From Camelus ferus (taxonomy: Eukaryota): 64,000 nucleotides of DNA. The notes under the pieces were generated by a model. It was given only the letters and a program-made list of their open reading frames with translations, did no database searches and was not told the DNA's origin. The stretch covers positions 101,434,001 to 101,498,000 of the forward strand of contig NC_045697.1 of assembly GCF_009834535.1 (NCBI RefSeq), written 5' to 3'. A program made the translations under genes and the position numbers. Shown here piece after piece: positions 50,796 to 64,000 of this stretch (its first letter is position 1; each line of letters opens with the position of its first letter).

Positions 50796-51240
50796 AGATC
50801 ATGGGAAGTCTTGGCCCCTCCATCCAGAGCCTTCCTCTGTCAGTGCTGTCTAAATGCTGCCCTCAGTTGAGTGTGGAACTTCTCTGAGAGGTGCCATGTT
50901 TGGGGTTCTTCAGAAAATATCTCAGTGGATCTGCTCTTTCTCCCTTGAAGAGTAACCTCTAAAGAAAAAAAAGGACAGTCACATCTACATTCCTGTCCTT
51001 TTCTCATTTCCTATCCTTTCTCCCTTCCTGGTTTTCCACTTCCCTCCCCTTTTCACAAAGGCTCTTTTATCACAGCCTCTCCTTTCTCCGGCAGCAATTA
51101 TGCTTCCCTTTCTTGTAGCAATAATGCCAGAGAAGATAGAGAATGAATCGGAACTAGCATGAGGAGAAAATTCATCTGGGTTATTTGAAAAATATCCCAC
51201 GTTACACAAATTGATGTATGAGTATGTACCTGTGCGTGCA

Positions 51241-51246
<6 letters not shown>

Positions 51247-51273
<27 letters not shown>
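51247..51273. repeat. (TG)n microsatellite
   Basis: About 13 units. Confidence 0.95.
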
Positions 51274-52637
51274 AACCACTAACTTTTCCAAGACTTATGA
51301 AATTCCAGAGTAACTTTTCATGTACATTGGAGTATTAGTTTCTATAACATATTCCAGCAAAGTAACAGATATTTTTCTTTGTAAACAGAATGTGAGCTTT
51401 TCACGCAGAATGCACTGCAATATTCTCTAAGGTAAAAGCTGAGAAATCATTATAGATAGCTCAAAAGTGTTCTTCCTTTGAAACATAGCACTTATGGGCA
51501 AATAGGATCATTTGAAATCTTAGGAAAAGGCTGAGGACATTAATCAATGTGAAAAGACAACCAAAGACAACCATTTTATTTGGTCTAAGATGAAGTAACA
51601 TTTTATAGGACTGAATTTCACTTTCATGAAAGTTATAATGAAAACAAATGAGTGACTCTTTTTATGCTTTCTATAATATAAAAATAAAATCCTCCCTGTC
51701 TGCATTAGCCTTTTCTGGTTTTGTAACCAAAAGCTCTAGCTGAGACTAGTCTCCAGTGTATTTTAAAACTTTGATAGACAGGGTACTCAGAGGTGAGTCA
51801 AAGCAGGAGGCAGGTGAATACTACTGTTTTAAAACTGCGAACATTTTATCAAGTTCTCCAAATACAAGATTAACTTGAACCACGTGGTCAGATTTCTTCT
51901 GATTTGAGAGGAGAAAAAGTGCTTTGGTGGGCTTTTGTAATGGTAAAGCCAAAAAGAATATTATTCTACAATGGGATGTTCAAAACAGTGAGGGAGCAAC
52001 GGCTCTACACAACAATGAAAAAGGCGGCCCTCATTCTAGGCCCTACTACATCTTTGAAGACGATTATGTTTCCTGGAGGCAGGCTTTGAGCTGGAGGTTA
52101 GGAGTGGTGGATGAGACAGAAACTAGATCTCTCTTTTGCTGGACCTCAAAAGACTTGGAGGCAACTGAACTCCAGGCAGGAAGCCCAAGGTCAAAGGCAC
52201 TTTTTGCTCAAGGATGCCAAGTGCCCCTTGCACTATGTTGGCAGCCCAAGTACCATCCCCTCTCCACCCTCTTCTGTCCCTACATCCCAGGTACCATGAT
52301 GGAAGGACACGGTCTTTACGCTTTAGAAGAAATCCCAAGAAATTGCCTGTTCTTTGCTTGTTCTTCCTCCATTGTCACTCCTTTCTGTGCCCATCATTCA
52401 CCTGTGAAGTGCAGTTAACACAACAGCAGGATCTCGGCTGAGCCTTGGTGACTTTGTCCCCTCCCAGGGTAGATCAGAAGGCAGAAACAATGTGGAGAAG
52501 CCATCCTGGAGCTGGAACGAGAAGATGATTGGTTGAAGGGACTCTCTAAACTGGAACAAACTGGTAGAACTTAAAAGCATTCTTTGGATCAAAAAAAAAA
52601 AAAAATACTGGACCTCCAAAAATCAGCTCCAACTCTT

Positions 52638-52952
52638 GTTTTTTTATTTTAATTTTTTATTGAAGTATAGTTGATTACAATATTATAGAATTTTCATGTG
52701 TACAACATAATGAGTCATTTTTAAAGGTTATACTCCATTTATAGTTATGATAAAATACTGGCTATATTCCTTATGTTGGAAAATATATCCTTGTAGCTTA
52801 TTTTATACAAAACAGTTTGCACCTCTTAATCCTCTGCCCTTATACTACCCCACCCCACCCCCACTGGTCACCACTAGTGTGTTCTCTATAGCTGTGAGTC
52901 TGCTTCTTTTTTGTTATATTCACTAATTTGTTGTATTTTTCAGTTTCCATAC
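52638..52952 (-). mobile_element. Artiodactyl-type L1 3' end
   Basis: ttttattgaagtatagttgattacaatatta...ggttatactccatttatagtta...ctgtgagtctgcttct. Confidence 0.85.
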
Positions 52953-54757
52953 ACTTAATAATTTGTTGCAGGGAGGTGTGATCCCCAGAGGCTAGAGAAG
53001 CCACACATTTGGGTGATAGTTACAAGGGACAGAGGTACCCTGGGCAGACATGAAATACTAGGAGTCCATGGTGTTGGTCGGCCTGATGGGTCCCCTCTCT
53101 GTACCTCTCATTTTTCTCTGCCAGAGAACCCACTGTCATTGCTGCTACTGGGATCTTGATCACCTCAGAGTGGACAGCTAGGAGTGGCAGGATGAAGAAA
53201 ACTTGGGGGCCACTGCCATTCCGAACCAGTTTTGCCCTCTTCTGATCTGCGTCCTTCCCTGTGATCATTAATACATCTCAGCGACTTTCACTGTCTATGC
53301 TTCTTTTTGGAGCTTCCTCTTTCTCCTCCTACTTCCAATGACTTCCTGCATTCTCCTCAGTGCAAATTATAAAGGATAGCATCAGGCTGACTGAGGCAAT
53401 TAATCTCTCTTCTATTAAGAAGAAAGCCTCTTGCTACTTCCTACGTTGCTGATGTATGGTTAGGCTGGCCTTCAATCAGGTGTCCACGCTTCTCTAGAGA
53501 GTCCAAAGGACAACCTAGCATCGTTTCTGAGAGCAAGGAACTGTGAGCTCACAATTTCAGCTTGACAGGGATATTGGGCATCAGGCCAGTAAAGATCTTT
53601 AATGAAACTAATGCACATTCAGATATGTAAGAAAACAGTTTGGGTGAAAAGATACACACATGCAGTGAAATTATGTTTCTGCTAAAGGTCATGAAATCAA
53701 AGAAAAAGGTTCAAGTACTTATCACCACTACAGGCCACGCTTATGCATGGGGTTAAGCCAGCCTGGCAACAAGAAAGTCAAGTCTCTTACTATTCAGGTC
53801 AGATTCCTAATATGTTATTCATTGTTGAGCTTTGTCTTTCTGAAATAAGGAAAAAACTGCCCAGATTCTGTTCTGCTTTTTATAATAAAGCATGCAGTTG
53901 TGGCTTTTATTAGTTCCAAAAGAGAAAGCGTACCATGTGAAAGAGTAAGTGTCCCTTGGTCATCTACATTCCAGGGAGACTGCAGTTTATTTAGCCAAGT
54001 ATTGATCAAAGGCTAAATTTTTATGATGCACAAACCAATTTAAACTGTTCTTAAAATGAATAAAGAAGAAAAGTCATTTCTGCACTCACAACTACACTAT
54101 TACATGGTTTTCAGCAATATCTGAATGGTTCTTTCTTTAAAATTCCCTTGGAACATAGCCATTTTTATACAACCTATAGGTAGATTTCTTTCTCTAGGAG
54201 TCCGAGGAATAAAAATAAAGTCAACTTTTGACTTCCTTCTATCAGTCAGACAAGACCCTCAATCAAAATGGCTTACTGGTGGAAGAGGCTCAGAATCAAT
54301 GTGGCAGGGACCTATTTCTCCAAGCCCCTGGTTTCTGGCCACTGTATCCCTCCTCTCCTTGCAGGTGGAGCCATGTGACACCCTGGTGTCAGTTCAGCCA
54401 GTTCACAGTTCCAAAGTCCCCTGGTGGGAAGAGCCTGAGAACAGCCACACCACATGGAGGGGCCGGCTTCAGGACACACTTACTGTTCATTCCTCTCAGC
54501 TTGTGTCCAGTGCTCCTGATGGATTTTCCTGGTTTCTGAAACCCAGAACTAAAGACAGCTTTCTGGAAATAAGCTCTGTGACTTGGAAATTGAACTTTCA
54601 AAAGATTTCTCTCCCATTTTTGACATCAGTGTGTCTTCCCAGGACATCCAGGTCTACTTTCTGCTTACTGGGGTCATAGTTACAGCATGAGCAATGTAAT
54701 GGAGCAGCGTGATATCGTGCGGACTCGTGCGATGTCTAAGGAGCCCATGGACCAAAT

Positions 54758-54969
54758 CAGGGGCCAGCACACTGTGGCGTGGAGGCCAAATCTGCCCTAA
54801 AGCCTGTTTTTATAAAGCTTGCAGGCTAGGAGTGGTTTTTACTTTGTTGGGTTGTTTTATTAAAAAAAAAAGAGGAAGAAGAAGAATATGCAACAAAGAC
54901 TATATGTGGCCCACAAAGCCTAAAATATTTCCTATTTGGCCCTTTACAGGAAAAGTTAGCCAATCTCTG
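54758..54969. mobile_element. hAT-Charlie MITE (MER58-like)
   Basis: cagggg...tggcccacaaagcctaaaatatttcctatttggccctttacaggaaaagttagccaatctctg; 8-bp degenerate TSD gaccaaat / aactaaat. Confidence 0.85.
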
Positions 54970-55043
54970 AACTAAATTACCAAACAGAGCCAGAAAGTTG
55001 ATGTAACCCATTGTCCTCTGCTGCTCCCTACTATTTAAAAGGC

Positions 55044-55295
55044 GATTAGGAGTTTGGGATTAATAGATACACATTACTGTATATAAAATAGATAAACAAC
55101 AAGGACCTACTGTAGAGCACAGGGAACTATATTCAATTTCTTGTAATGAGAAGTAGTGGGAAATAAACTGAAAATATGTATATGTATGTATGTATATGTA
55201 TAACTGAATTGCTTTGCTGTACACCTGAAACTAACATTGTAAATCAACTATACTTCAATAAAAAATAAGAATTAAAACAAAATAAAACAAAAAAG
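55044..55295 (+). mobile_element. Artiodactyl-type L1 3' end
   Basis: ataaacaacaaggacctactgtagagcacagggaactatattcaa...aaatcaactatacttcaataaaaa. Confidence 0.9.
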
Positions 55296-57631
55296 GAAAC
55301 TGAATCTGTGGTCTCTTCTTATTGGGTATTTAATTTTTAAAAATTGCCAACTTGACAATTCTATGTCAGGCATAAGGATCTGTGTCCAATGGCTTCAGAA
55401 AATAAACCACATATGGGACAGCAGCTTCAATTGGAATCACTCTCTCATTAAGCTCCGATAATCCATTGATATTGTTCCCAAGGCCCATCAGTCTTCTCTC
55501 TGGTCAAACAGAAGAGCTTAATGAGGATAGGGGGAAGGTGGGGCAGTGGGAATTTGAGAATGTAATAAAAATTATTACCTCTCCCTTTCTGAAAGGTTTG
55601 ACAGTAACACTCACCTCTACCACCCTTCCAGGTGTGTGGCGTTGCTTTACGTTTATTGTGGCATCATCTTGGTACAGAAGCTTCCTCTCGCCCAGCCAGA
55701 GCCTTCATTCCACGGATCTGGAAGCCAGTATGCAGACGTTGATGAGTATGCCTGTTCCAACCATACGTATGGAAACTAGGAAAGTAACCATAGAATGAAT
55801 CACCAGTTGGCCCACATTGACCCACTGTGCAATAAACCCAAACCAAAGCTTTATTTATACTCCCTAACTTCAATCAATCCCTCCTGAGTAAGGGACCACT
55901 CTGGCATTTCTGGGTCCCCTGGCATTAATATTAGCTACAGCTCTTGTCAGTAATCCCACAAAGATCTGGGTGGTTCCTTCCTGCTGGGCACAGCCATTTT
56001 CCTGACAGATGGCTGCAGATCCTTCTTAGGGGACCACTAAGAAGATGAGCAGTGTTTGCCGCACTATCATAGGGTACATTATCATTTATGGGCTGTAGGG
56101 TGGTGAACCAGTAAGGAGCTATAACTTGTAATTAGAGTTTATCGGGTCACCTAGACTTTACTTTTGTTTTGGTGTCAGTTTATGCAGATCCAGGAGGATG
56201 AGAATAGGCCTGTATATTTCTTTCAGGGGAACCTCCTGTTCCATTAACCACTGTCAAATATCCTTGACATTCAAAACCTGTGATCATCGGTCCAGCCCTG
56301 CTGCTTATAATGGTAACCACATTTCACCTCTATTCTGAGTCCTGTCATTGTGCTGCCCCTTGTACCTTGCCACCTGGGACCCCATCACACCCAGAGGAAT
56401 CAGGGGGCCCTTTTCTTTGGCTGCAGCTCCTACCATCAGAGGTCAGCCACTCTGACTCTTCTCAAGGTATTTCCTGATGAAGGTAGTGCCCTGCTGAAGG
56501 AAGTGTCCTTTAGTCTCTTGGGAGACATAAATAAGTGTTGATGAGTGATTTGCACATCATAAATATACCCCAGTGTTTCCTTCTCTTTACATCCATTTCC
56601 CTACACTGCCCCAAGAACTTTTTGGCATCATAGCTTAAGCATTGGCTACCCCCATACCCGTGTTTCTATTAAACGTTCTGAGCTGCTCAAGGGAGCATAT
56701 TGAACCCAGAATCTCTGGCAAGTGCACCCAATGCAAAATCATCAACCTGATCCAAATTAAGCTTCTCCCTTCTTGGTCTGACACCCTTGGAATCCATTCC
56801 CACACAGACTGCAAGTTTTTGCCATCGCAAATGAGCAAAATCTTATGATTCTTTTTGTTGTATAAATCTTTTCCCTCCAGCTTGGACTGTGTTTGCCACC
56901 ACAGCAGCATGCTGGGGTTTGATTCTAGCGAAGGCTCTGAAGGCAATGTTGGGGTGTACAGCTCGGGGAAGACTGGCTTCCCTGCTGACTGCACTCCCTC
57001 AGGTGAAGTCATCACAGAGCCTTCTGGCAAGAAAGGAGCAGCTTCATAAAATAGGAAACAAGTTTGCTTTCAAGGAATACTTGGTGGAATATGGGCTTTT
57101 AAGGTACTGAGAGACATAAGAATCCATCAAATTCCCTATTTCTTTCCTTGGTCCCATTCTTTCCCCCAAATGCCCTCTTGTTCACAGAAGAGATGTGAAG
57201 TCTATGAATCCACCCTACATTGCAGTTCAGAAACTCAGAGGGTCTGGCTCTGTTTCTGTCTTTCTATCTTCTCTGAGAGTCCTACAGGCAGCCATGGAAG
57301 TTCTCTGGTTCTGACCATACCTTAAGCAGAACACTTTAAATCTCCTTTTATCACTTCTTTTAAGTTCTATGGAACTGATAGAAAAACCCACCCCACATCC
57401 CCAGAACAGTCCTTACATTCTTTTTCTTCCCATAATGAAGAATCTCTTATTCTACACAACCCCGGATGATATTAACTCTAAGTTAGTACATCACCAGTAT
57501 GCAGCTGGTGTCTATCTTATGATACTAGCAGAAGCTTAGCTGCCTTTATTTCCAACCGGTGAGTTAACCAATCTCAAAATCTCATTTCTTTGAGAGTCTG
57601 TTGCTTACGATCACTATAGTCAGTAATTGCC

Positions 57632-58136
57632 CTGTGAGGGTTCAATTATAGAGAACAAAACCTACTCTAGATGGTGTCAGCAGAAAGGAATTTGTTTTAT
57701 GGGATATTAAATGGCTTATAATAATGTTTATCAACTGAAGAGAATTTAGTCTGATCTTGCAGAAAAAAATTGTATTTTGTGGCCAGAAAAAAAAAAACCA
57801 CTCAAGTCATGATGCAGAATTACTATTGCCCTGCCCATAATCAGGAAGCTGCCTGATGAAGCAAGAAGTCATGATGACAGCTGCTAGCTCAAGATCAAAT
57901 CACTTCCACTTCAATCCGCACCAGCAAAAATAGGAGCCTCACGCTATGTTCCCTCCACTCTTATTTCAGTTCTGGATTTTAGTCTTCTGTAAAGGCAGCT
58001 GGTTGGCAGAACATAAATCACATCTAGAAATGTGGGAAGTGTAGATTTTAGCTCACCAGCTTCTGCAGGATAGGAAACCACACTAGCAGGAGGTGGGAAT
58101 TGATCTTGAGCAAGCCAGTCTGCAGTAGCCATCACA
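57632..58136 (-). mobile_element. Old ERVL-class LTR; probable 5' LTR of the adjacent ERV-L remnant
   Basis: Minus strand starts tgtgatggctactgcagactggcttgctc. Directly abuts the gag-side internal sequence in the same orientation. Confidence 0.6.
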
Positions 58137-58315
58137 GTACTTTTCCCAGGGGGGGGCTTCCGGTGATTGGAACTCTGCTACCTGCTGCCGGGGTTTCCTC
58201 ATGCCAACCTGCCTGTCTTTCCACATCTCTGTACACTGACTGCTCCGAGATCATTCATCTCCAGCTATTAGACAAATACCTCCCCCAATTATTTGGTATT
58301 AAAACTCCTCCTTGG

Positions 58316-59078
58316 GGTGTGGAGAAAGGGGAACCCTTCTACACTGTTGGTGGGAGTGTAAATTTGTGCAGCCATTATGGAAAATAGTATAGAGATTCCT
58401 TAAAAAGCTAAAAATAGATTTGCCATATAATCCAGCAATCCCACTCCTGGGCATGTATCTGGAGAAAATGCTAATTTGAAAAGATACATGCATCCCAGTG
58501 TTCACAGCGGCACTATTTACAACAGCCAAGACATGGAAGCAACCTAAATGTCCATCAGCAGATGACTGGATAAAGAAGACGTGGGTGTGTGTGTATATGC
58601 ATTAAATCTCATTATACACACACACACAGAAAGAAGTATCACTCAGCCATAAAAAAGAATGAAATAATGCAGCAACATGGATGGACCTAGAGATTACCAT
58701 ACTAAGTGAAGTAAGTCAGACAGAGAAAGACAAATATCAGATAATATCACTTATATGTGGAATCTAAAAAATGATACAAATGAACTTATTTACAAAACAC
58801 AAACAGACCCACAGACATAGAAAACAAACTTACGGTTACGGGAGGAGGAGGAGGGATAAATTAGGAGTTTGGAATTAGCAGATACACATTACTGTATATA
58901 AAAATAGATAAACAAAAAGGTCCTACTGTATACCACAGGGAACTGCATTCAGTATCTCGTAATAACCTATACTGGAAAATAATATGAAAAATAATATATA
59001 TATGCATGTATAACTGAATCACTATGCTGTATACCAGAAACTAACACTGTAAATAAACTATACTTCAGTTTAAAAAAA
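58316..59078 (+). mobile_element. 5'-truncated artiodactyl L1 (ORF2 C-terminus and 3' UTR)
   Basis: gtggagaaaggggaacccttctacactgttggtggga...ccagcaatcccactcctgggc...tatacttcag; degenerate TSD aaactcctccttgg / aacctcctcctgg. Confidence 0.92.
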
Positions 59079-60409
59079 GAACCTCCTCCTGGACTATTGT
59101 TATCTGCTTCTCCTTGTCATCCTCTTCACATGCAGTTTTTTGCCTACTAGTTGACCTTTTGCTACCCCCTACTGCTGTCTTCTTTATTATGCCTACTGAA
59201 TAGAAGTACCTATGACTCTACCAACCTATCCAATTCCAATGCAGTAAACTTGGACATGTTGCATCAAATCTCATTATGTATTAATAAAGACTCTTTAATG
59301 GCATCATTCTAGATAACGATTCCAAATTTTCAAAGAAGCCCATATCATCTCTTACAAACTCACTAACAATGATATTAATATTTATCAAGTTCATATCTAG
59401 GAACTAAATAATATCTTACATATTCCTTTTAAATCAAGCACACATATAAGACAGCATACTTTTTTTTCTGATTCAAATATTTCCTCTTGTTCCCCAAGAC
59501 CATTAATTATGCTGATCAGTCATCCTCAGGTAACCAGATTTACCCTAATGAGCACATCTCTTTTCTTCAAAACTCCTTGACTTCAGAGATTTTATGTTTG
59601 AACTTAAGATTTTTCTGAAGAATCTAGTACCAAATGAAGTATGTAGCTTCCTTTTGCACATAATTATATTTCATAAAGATTTTTTATGTCAGTGAATCAC
59701 ACAAAGATCACTTTGACCCTCACTACCCCATGACCTTTGTATATTAGTCATAGCAGAATTTAAATGGAGTTCATTGAAAATGGTAGCTTTGCCCAACTGT
59801 GTTGAATCTTCCTAGTAACTGTCCTATTACAGAATTTTATTCTTGATCTTTTGCATAGTTTGTATCAGGTTGAATATAGTATGAGGAGGGAACTCTGTTT
59901 TATTTCTATACGAGATTTTTGTTGAATTATTACTCGTGCCACTGATAAAGTAAACATTTAGTTCTAAAACGGCCATTTTATGTTTTTTTGGATATTACAT
60001 ATCCAGCATATAGTTCCAAGGTTTCTATCTTTGATGAGTTTAGGAAATTAGTTTTGTGTAAATGTGTCTGACACGTCTGATTCTAAAAATAGATTTTGGA
60101 TTGCCCCCAGGGTAGCCTTCTGAAATTACATAATTTCCACAAGTTATTAATATCACTCAGAATGTTTCTTTCCATGACGTTTCTGAAATCAACACATTGT
60201 CTCCCCAGTATCACCGCCATCCGTAAGTCATTCTTGTTTCTTTTATGGGGATCCTAACCAGGGAGGCGTTAACTAACTTTGTCTCCTTGACCAGGAGTAA
60301 TAGGAAACATGGGCCCCTCACATAGCCTGACTCCTGAGCCCACCCCATGTACTTTCAAACCTTTAAAAAATAGACACTGCTATTTGTTCTGATCTCTTTT
60401 TAAAATTGT

Positions 60410-60615
60410 TGCCACGTTCTTCTTCAATGCGGAAGCAAACCACGTGGCGAACACTACATCCCGCGGGGTTTCCCAGGCGCGCGCACGGTTAACAACGTGC
60501 AGCACAGCAGGCAGAATCGATGGCTTCGGGTGTCTGCGCCTTGTCTTCCTGATGGATGGATTATTGCCGCTGGGCTAATTATGCAGCAATTTATATCGAC
60601 TGTCTAGAGCGGCAG
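60410..60615. promoter_or_regulatory. Small CpG-rich regulatory cluster (orphan promoter/enhancer candidate)
   Basis: About 17 CpG in about 200 bp, with CGGAAG, CCACGTGG, ACTACATCCC, GGGGTTTCCC and GCGCGCGCAC. Confidence 0.55.
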
Positions 60616-61186
60616 TGGTGAATCTTAGTGACTAAACTTGCCCTACTAAGATTTGCTTCTTCTTGGGCTGTACAGACTCAGGATGTTCAAATACCTTGTG
60701 GACGTTCATATTTTTGACGTGTCCATAATTGCACGTGGTTTAAACAAACCAGAGAAGGAACTTAGCTTTCTTAGCACTCACATACAACTTTAAAATGTGA
60801 CTTATAGACTAAGGTGGAAGTGACATAATCTTTTCTTACCAATTTTCAGTTGCTATTATAATTTTTCCTTTTAAAATAGAAGTGAGTGCAGAGATTCTCC
60901 GTGCACTTAATTTTATATATGAGCAAGCTGGGGCAGCCAATGTCATTGTGTTTATAGCATTGACTTAATATCAAAGAGGCCTTAAGCCTTTTTTCTTCCC
61001 CCACATTAAAACATTAAACTAGATGGAGCCCCATGGCTCTAATTATTTTACATTTAACAGTCAATTTTTGAATGATTTCTCAGTTTTGAAGAATATGTGT
61101 TTTCAGTTGGAGGAGGAAGAAAATTTTCACACATGAGGCTAATGTTGTTTATGACTATGGTTCACCAGTAACTGGATTGTGGTCTT

Positions 61187-61210
61187 TGTGTGTGTGTGTG
61201 TGTGTGTGTG
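61187..61210. repeat. (TG)12 microsatellite
   Basis: Read directly. Confidence 0.95.
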
Positions 61211-62146
61211 TTCAAATTGCTAGCTAAGAGCCACTGATGTTTTGAGGACAAGTACAATAGTTTTCTAAACGGAAAACATTACAAAAGACTATTGACTGGC
61301 AAGTTGTAGGTGACTTCAGCTGCTCTTTGAATCACTGAAAATAGGCAATGCTTCATTTGCTCTTTACCTAAAATAAATGAAGTTCTTCCGACTCATGAAC
61401 ATGGCAATAAAAGGTCAAAATCTTTTATTCTCATCTCAGGAGCAATGTCTCTAAAAGACACCGTGCCCTATGCCTCTGCTGAGCAAAACAGCTAAAGGAC
61501 TGGCAATTTTTAATTATAGAATACAAGGCTTTTCTAACAATCTTATGACTTTGGGACATGAAAAAACCAGTTCACTAACCAGACGCAAAAACTGAAGAAA
61601 CCTGAGTGAAAATGTCAATTTAAATGTTACATAGGAATTCATTTAACAGTGTCTGAATAAAAGAAAATGAGTTGTATGTCTTTTTCAAAAAAAAAACTTT
61701 TAATATCTTAATTTTCTTTGCTTTCCTTGTTTATGTTTTACTTGTCTAAATATATACATGTGCACTTCTTTTTGTTACACTACTGAAATTGCTATTGGAA
61801 TGGCCTGTGGTTTTGATAAAGTAATATAAGATTTAAGTATGAAATTTTGATTACAGTAATAGAATAGGTAGCTCATAGAGAAAGAAAGATAAAATGTTTT
61901 TACCCATTTGGTCACTGCTGGTGGCCGTGAATTCCAGGATGATCTAACAGGTAAGGAAAAGTATCCCACCACTGAATTACTTTATGTTACTTTCAAATAT
62001 TCTTTTTTCTAATTACAAAATTGTTAACACTCATCTAATAAATTCTTAAAAAGCATTTTAATTAAAAACATCTATTGTAACCTACTCAGTGGTATTCACT
62101 ATTAATACTTTGGTGAATTTTACCCCAATATTCACCACAATCTGTG

Positions 62147-63837
62147 AAGCCAAAGCCTAACCCAGAGCAAGACCCTACCTCTTTTTAATTCTGTGAAGGC
62201 TGAGAGAGGTTTGGAAGCTGCAGAAAACTCTGAAACTGGCAGAGATTGGTTCATGAGGCTTAGAAGAAGCCGTCTCTGTAACAGAAAAGTACAAAATAAA
62301 GCAGCAAGTGCTGATGTAGAAACTGCAGCAAGTTATCCAGAAGGTCTAGCTCAGATCACTAGTAAAAGTGTCTACAGTAAACAACAGATTTTCAATGTAG
62401 ATGAAACAGCCTTCTATTGGAAGAAGATGCCGTCTAAGACTTTCATAGCTAGAGAGGAGAAGTCAATGCCTGGCTTCAAATCCTCAAAGGACAGCCTGAC
62501 TCTCTTGTCAGAGTCTAATACAGCTGATGACTTTAAATTAAAGTCAGTGCTCATTGACCATTCCAAAAATCTTAGGGCCCTTAAGGATTATGCTAAAGCT
62601 ACTCTGCCTGTGCTCTATCAATGGAACAATAAAGCCTGGATGACAGCACATCTTTTTATAACATATTTACAGACTATTTAAGCCTACTGTTTTGAGATCT
62701 ACTGCTCAGAAAAAAGATTCTTTTCAGAATATTATTATTCATTGATAATATGCACCTGGTCACCCAAGAGCTCTGATGAAGATGTATAAGGAGATTAATA
62801 TTGTTTTCATGTCTGCTAATACAACATCCATCCTACAGCCCACAGGTCAAGAAGTCATTTTGACTTTCAAGTCTTACTATTTAAGAAACACATTTTGTAA
62901 GGCTCTAGCTGCCATAGATAGTGATTCCTCTGATGGATCTGGACAAAGTAAATTGAAAACCTCCTGGAAAGGACTAACCCTTCTAGATGCCATTAAGGAC
63001 ATTCATAATTCATGGGAAGAAGTCAAAATATGAACATTAACGGGAATTTGGAAGAAGTAATTCCAATCCTCACAGATGACTTTGAGGGATTCAGGACTTC
63101 AGTGGAGGAAGCAACTGCAGATGTGGTGGAGACAGAGAGAGAACGAGAACTAGAAGTGGAGCCTGAAGATGTTTCTAAATTGCTGTAACCTCATGACCAA
63201 ACTTTACTGGATGAAGAGTTGCTACTTATAGACATGCGAAGAAAGTGGTTTCCTGAGATGGAATCCAGTCAAATGATGCGAAGGCTGTTGAAATGACAAC
63301 AAAGGATTTAGAATATTACATAAACTTAATTGATAAAGCAGCAAAGGACTTTGAGAGGACTGGCTCCAATTTTGAAAGCAGTTCTACTTGTGGGTAAAAT
63401 ATTATCAAATAGCACCACATCCTACAGAGAAATTGTTCATGAAAGGAAGAGGCGATTGATGTGGCAAATTTCACTGTTGTCTTATTTTAAGAAATTGCCA
63501 CAGCCACCCCAGCCTTCAGCAACCGCCATCCTGATCAGTCAGCAGCCATCAACACTGAGGCAAATCCTCCACCAGCAAAAAGATTACAACTTGCTGAAGG
63601 CTTAGATCATGGTTGGCATTTTTTAGCAATGAAGTATTTTTAATTAAAGTGTGTATGTTGTTTTTTAGACATAATGCTCTTGCATAGTTAATAGGCTACA
63701 GTATAGCACAAATATAACTTTTATATGCACTTGGAAACCAAAAAATTCACGTAAGTCACCTTACTGTCTCCTATTGAGATATTCATTTTATTGCAGTGGC
63801 CTGGAACTGAGCCTGCAATATCTCTGAGGTAAGCCTG
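62147..63837 (+). mobile_element. Tigger1 DNA transposon, 5'-truncated, transposase disrupted
   Basis: ORF 62193-62681 contains [35 protein letters not shown] 62776-63033 contains NTTSILQP. 3' TIR atatctctgaggtaagcctg is followed by TA. Frameshifts and stops lie between the fragments. Confidence 0.95.
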
Positions 63838-64000
63838 TAGTCAACTATGCAAGAAATCTTTGTCGTAAGTACCAATTAATCCATCAAAACAAGTTAAAAT
63901 AGCGGTGCAAACTGTTTGTTATGCTTGCTCAAAAGATGCAGCAGCGTCTCTTGGTAAATATGCTTCTTTTATGTATGATACTTTTTTAAGGAAATATGTT

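Larger units (their letters stand above)
54540..57630 (-). mobile_element. Decayed ERV-L internal region (gag-pro-RT), interrupted by MER58 and L1
   Basis: Minus-strand peptides: gag VWEWIPRVSDQEGRS (ERV-L VWEWILRVWDNGGRN); pro INKALVWVYCTVG; RT VIPIEAAVPYVV and HDITLLHYIAH (ERV-L QDITLVHYIDD). Many frameshifts and stops. Confidence 0.8.

Noticed and set aside
54125..54679. 184-aa plus-strand ORF
   Set aside because: Partly antisense to decayed ERV-L RT, with no recognisable domain or splice context.
62193..63605. Functional transposase or domesticated TIGD1-like gene
   Set aside because: Split by frameshifts and stops, lacks the 5' TIR and N-terminal DNA-binding region; an ordinary Tigger1 fossil.
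1..64000. CRISPR array, operon or other prokaryotic system; rRNA or miRNA genes
   Set aside because: The sequence is mammalian, with no repeat-spacer array or dense ORFs. I noticed only short (about 8 bp) inverted repeats, for example near 39903 and 62111.

Overview
Mammalian nuclear DNA, most likely a camelid (alpaca, llama or camel), judging from a Vic-1-type tRNA-derived SINE and artiodactyl/camelid-type L1 3' ends. I could not support any protein-coding exon in this window. The main feature is a CpG island at about 41.85-43.62 kb. It holds a minus-strand promoter (TATA/MEF2-like CTATAAATAG, GC boxes) and a non-coding first exon ending in a GAG|GTAATT donor at 42336. Positions 1-42335 therefore look like a first intron of more than 42 kb from a gene I cannot name. 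The remainder is rich in old interspersed repeats: MaLR, ERVL and ERV1 LTRs, L1, L2, L3, MIR, MER58/MER81, a decayed ERV-L gag-pro-RT remnant with its 5' LTR, and a 5'-truncated Tigger1. Repeat subfamily names are from recalled consensus sequences and have not been checked by a search. The best leads are a strong 27-nt microexon candidate (14540-14566), other small exon candidates, a ~130-bp dispersed duplication, a 66-bp tandem duplication that doubles an HRE-like motif, an orphan CpG/motif cluster at 60.4 kb, convergent CTCF-like sites, and a possible divergent lncRNA. I found no convincing new biological system.
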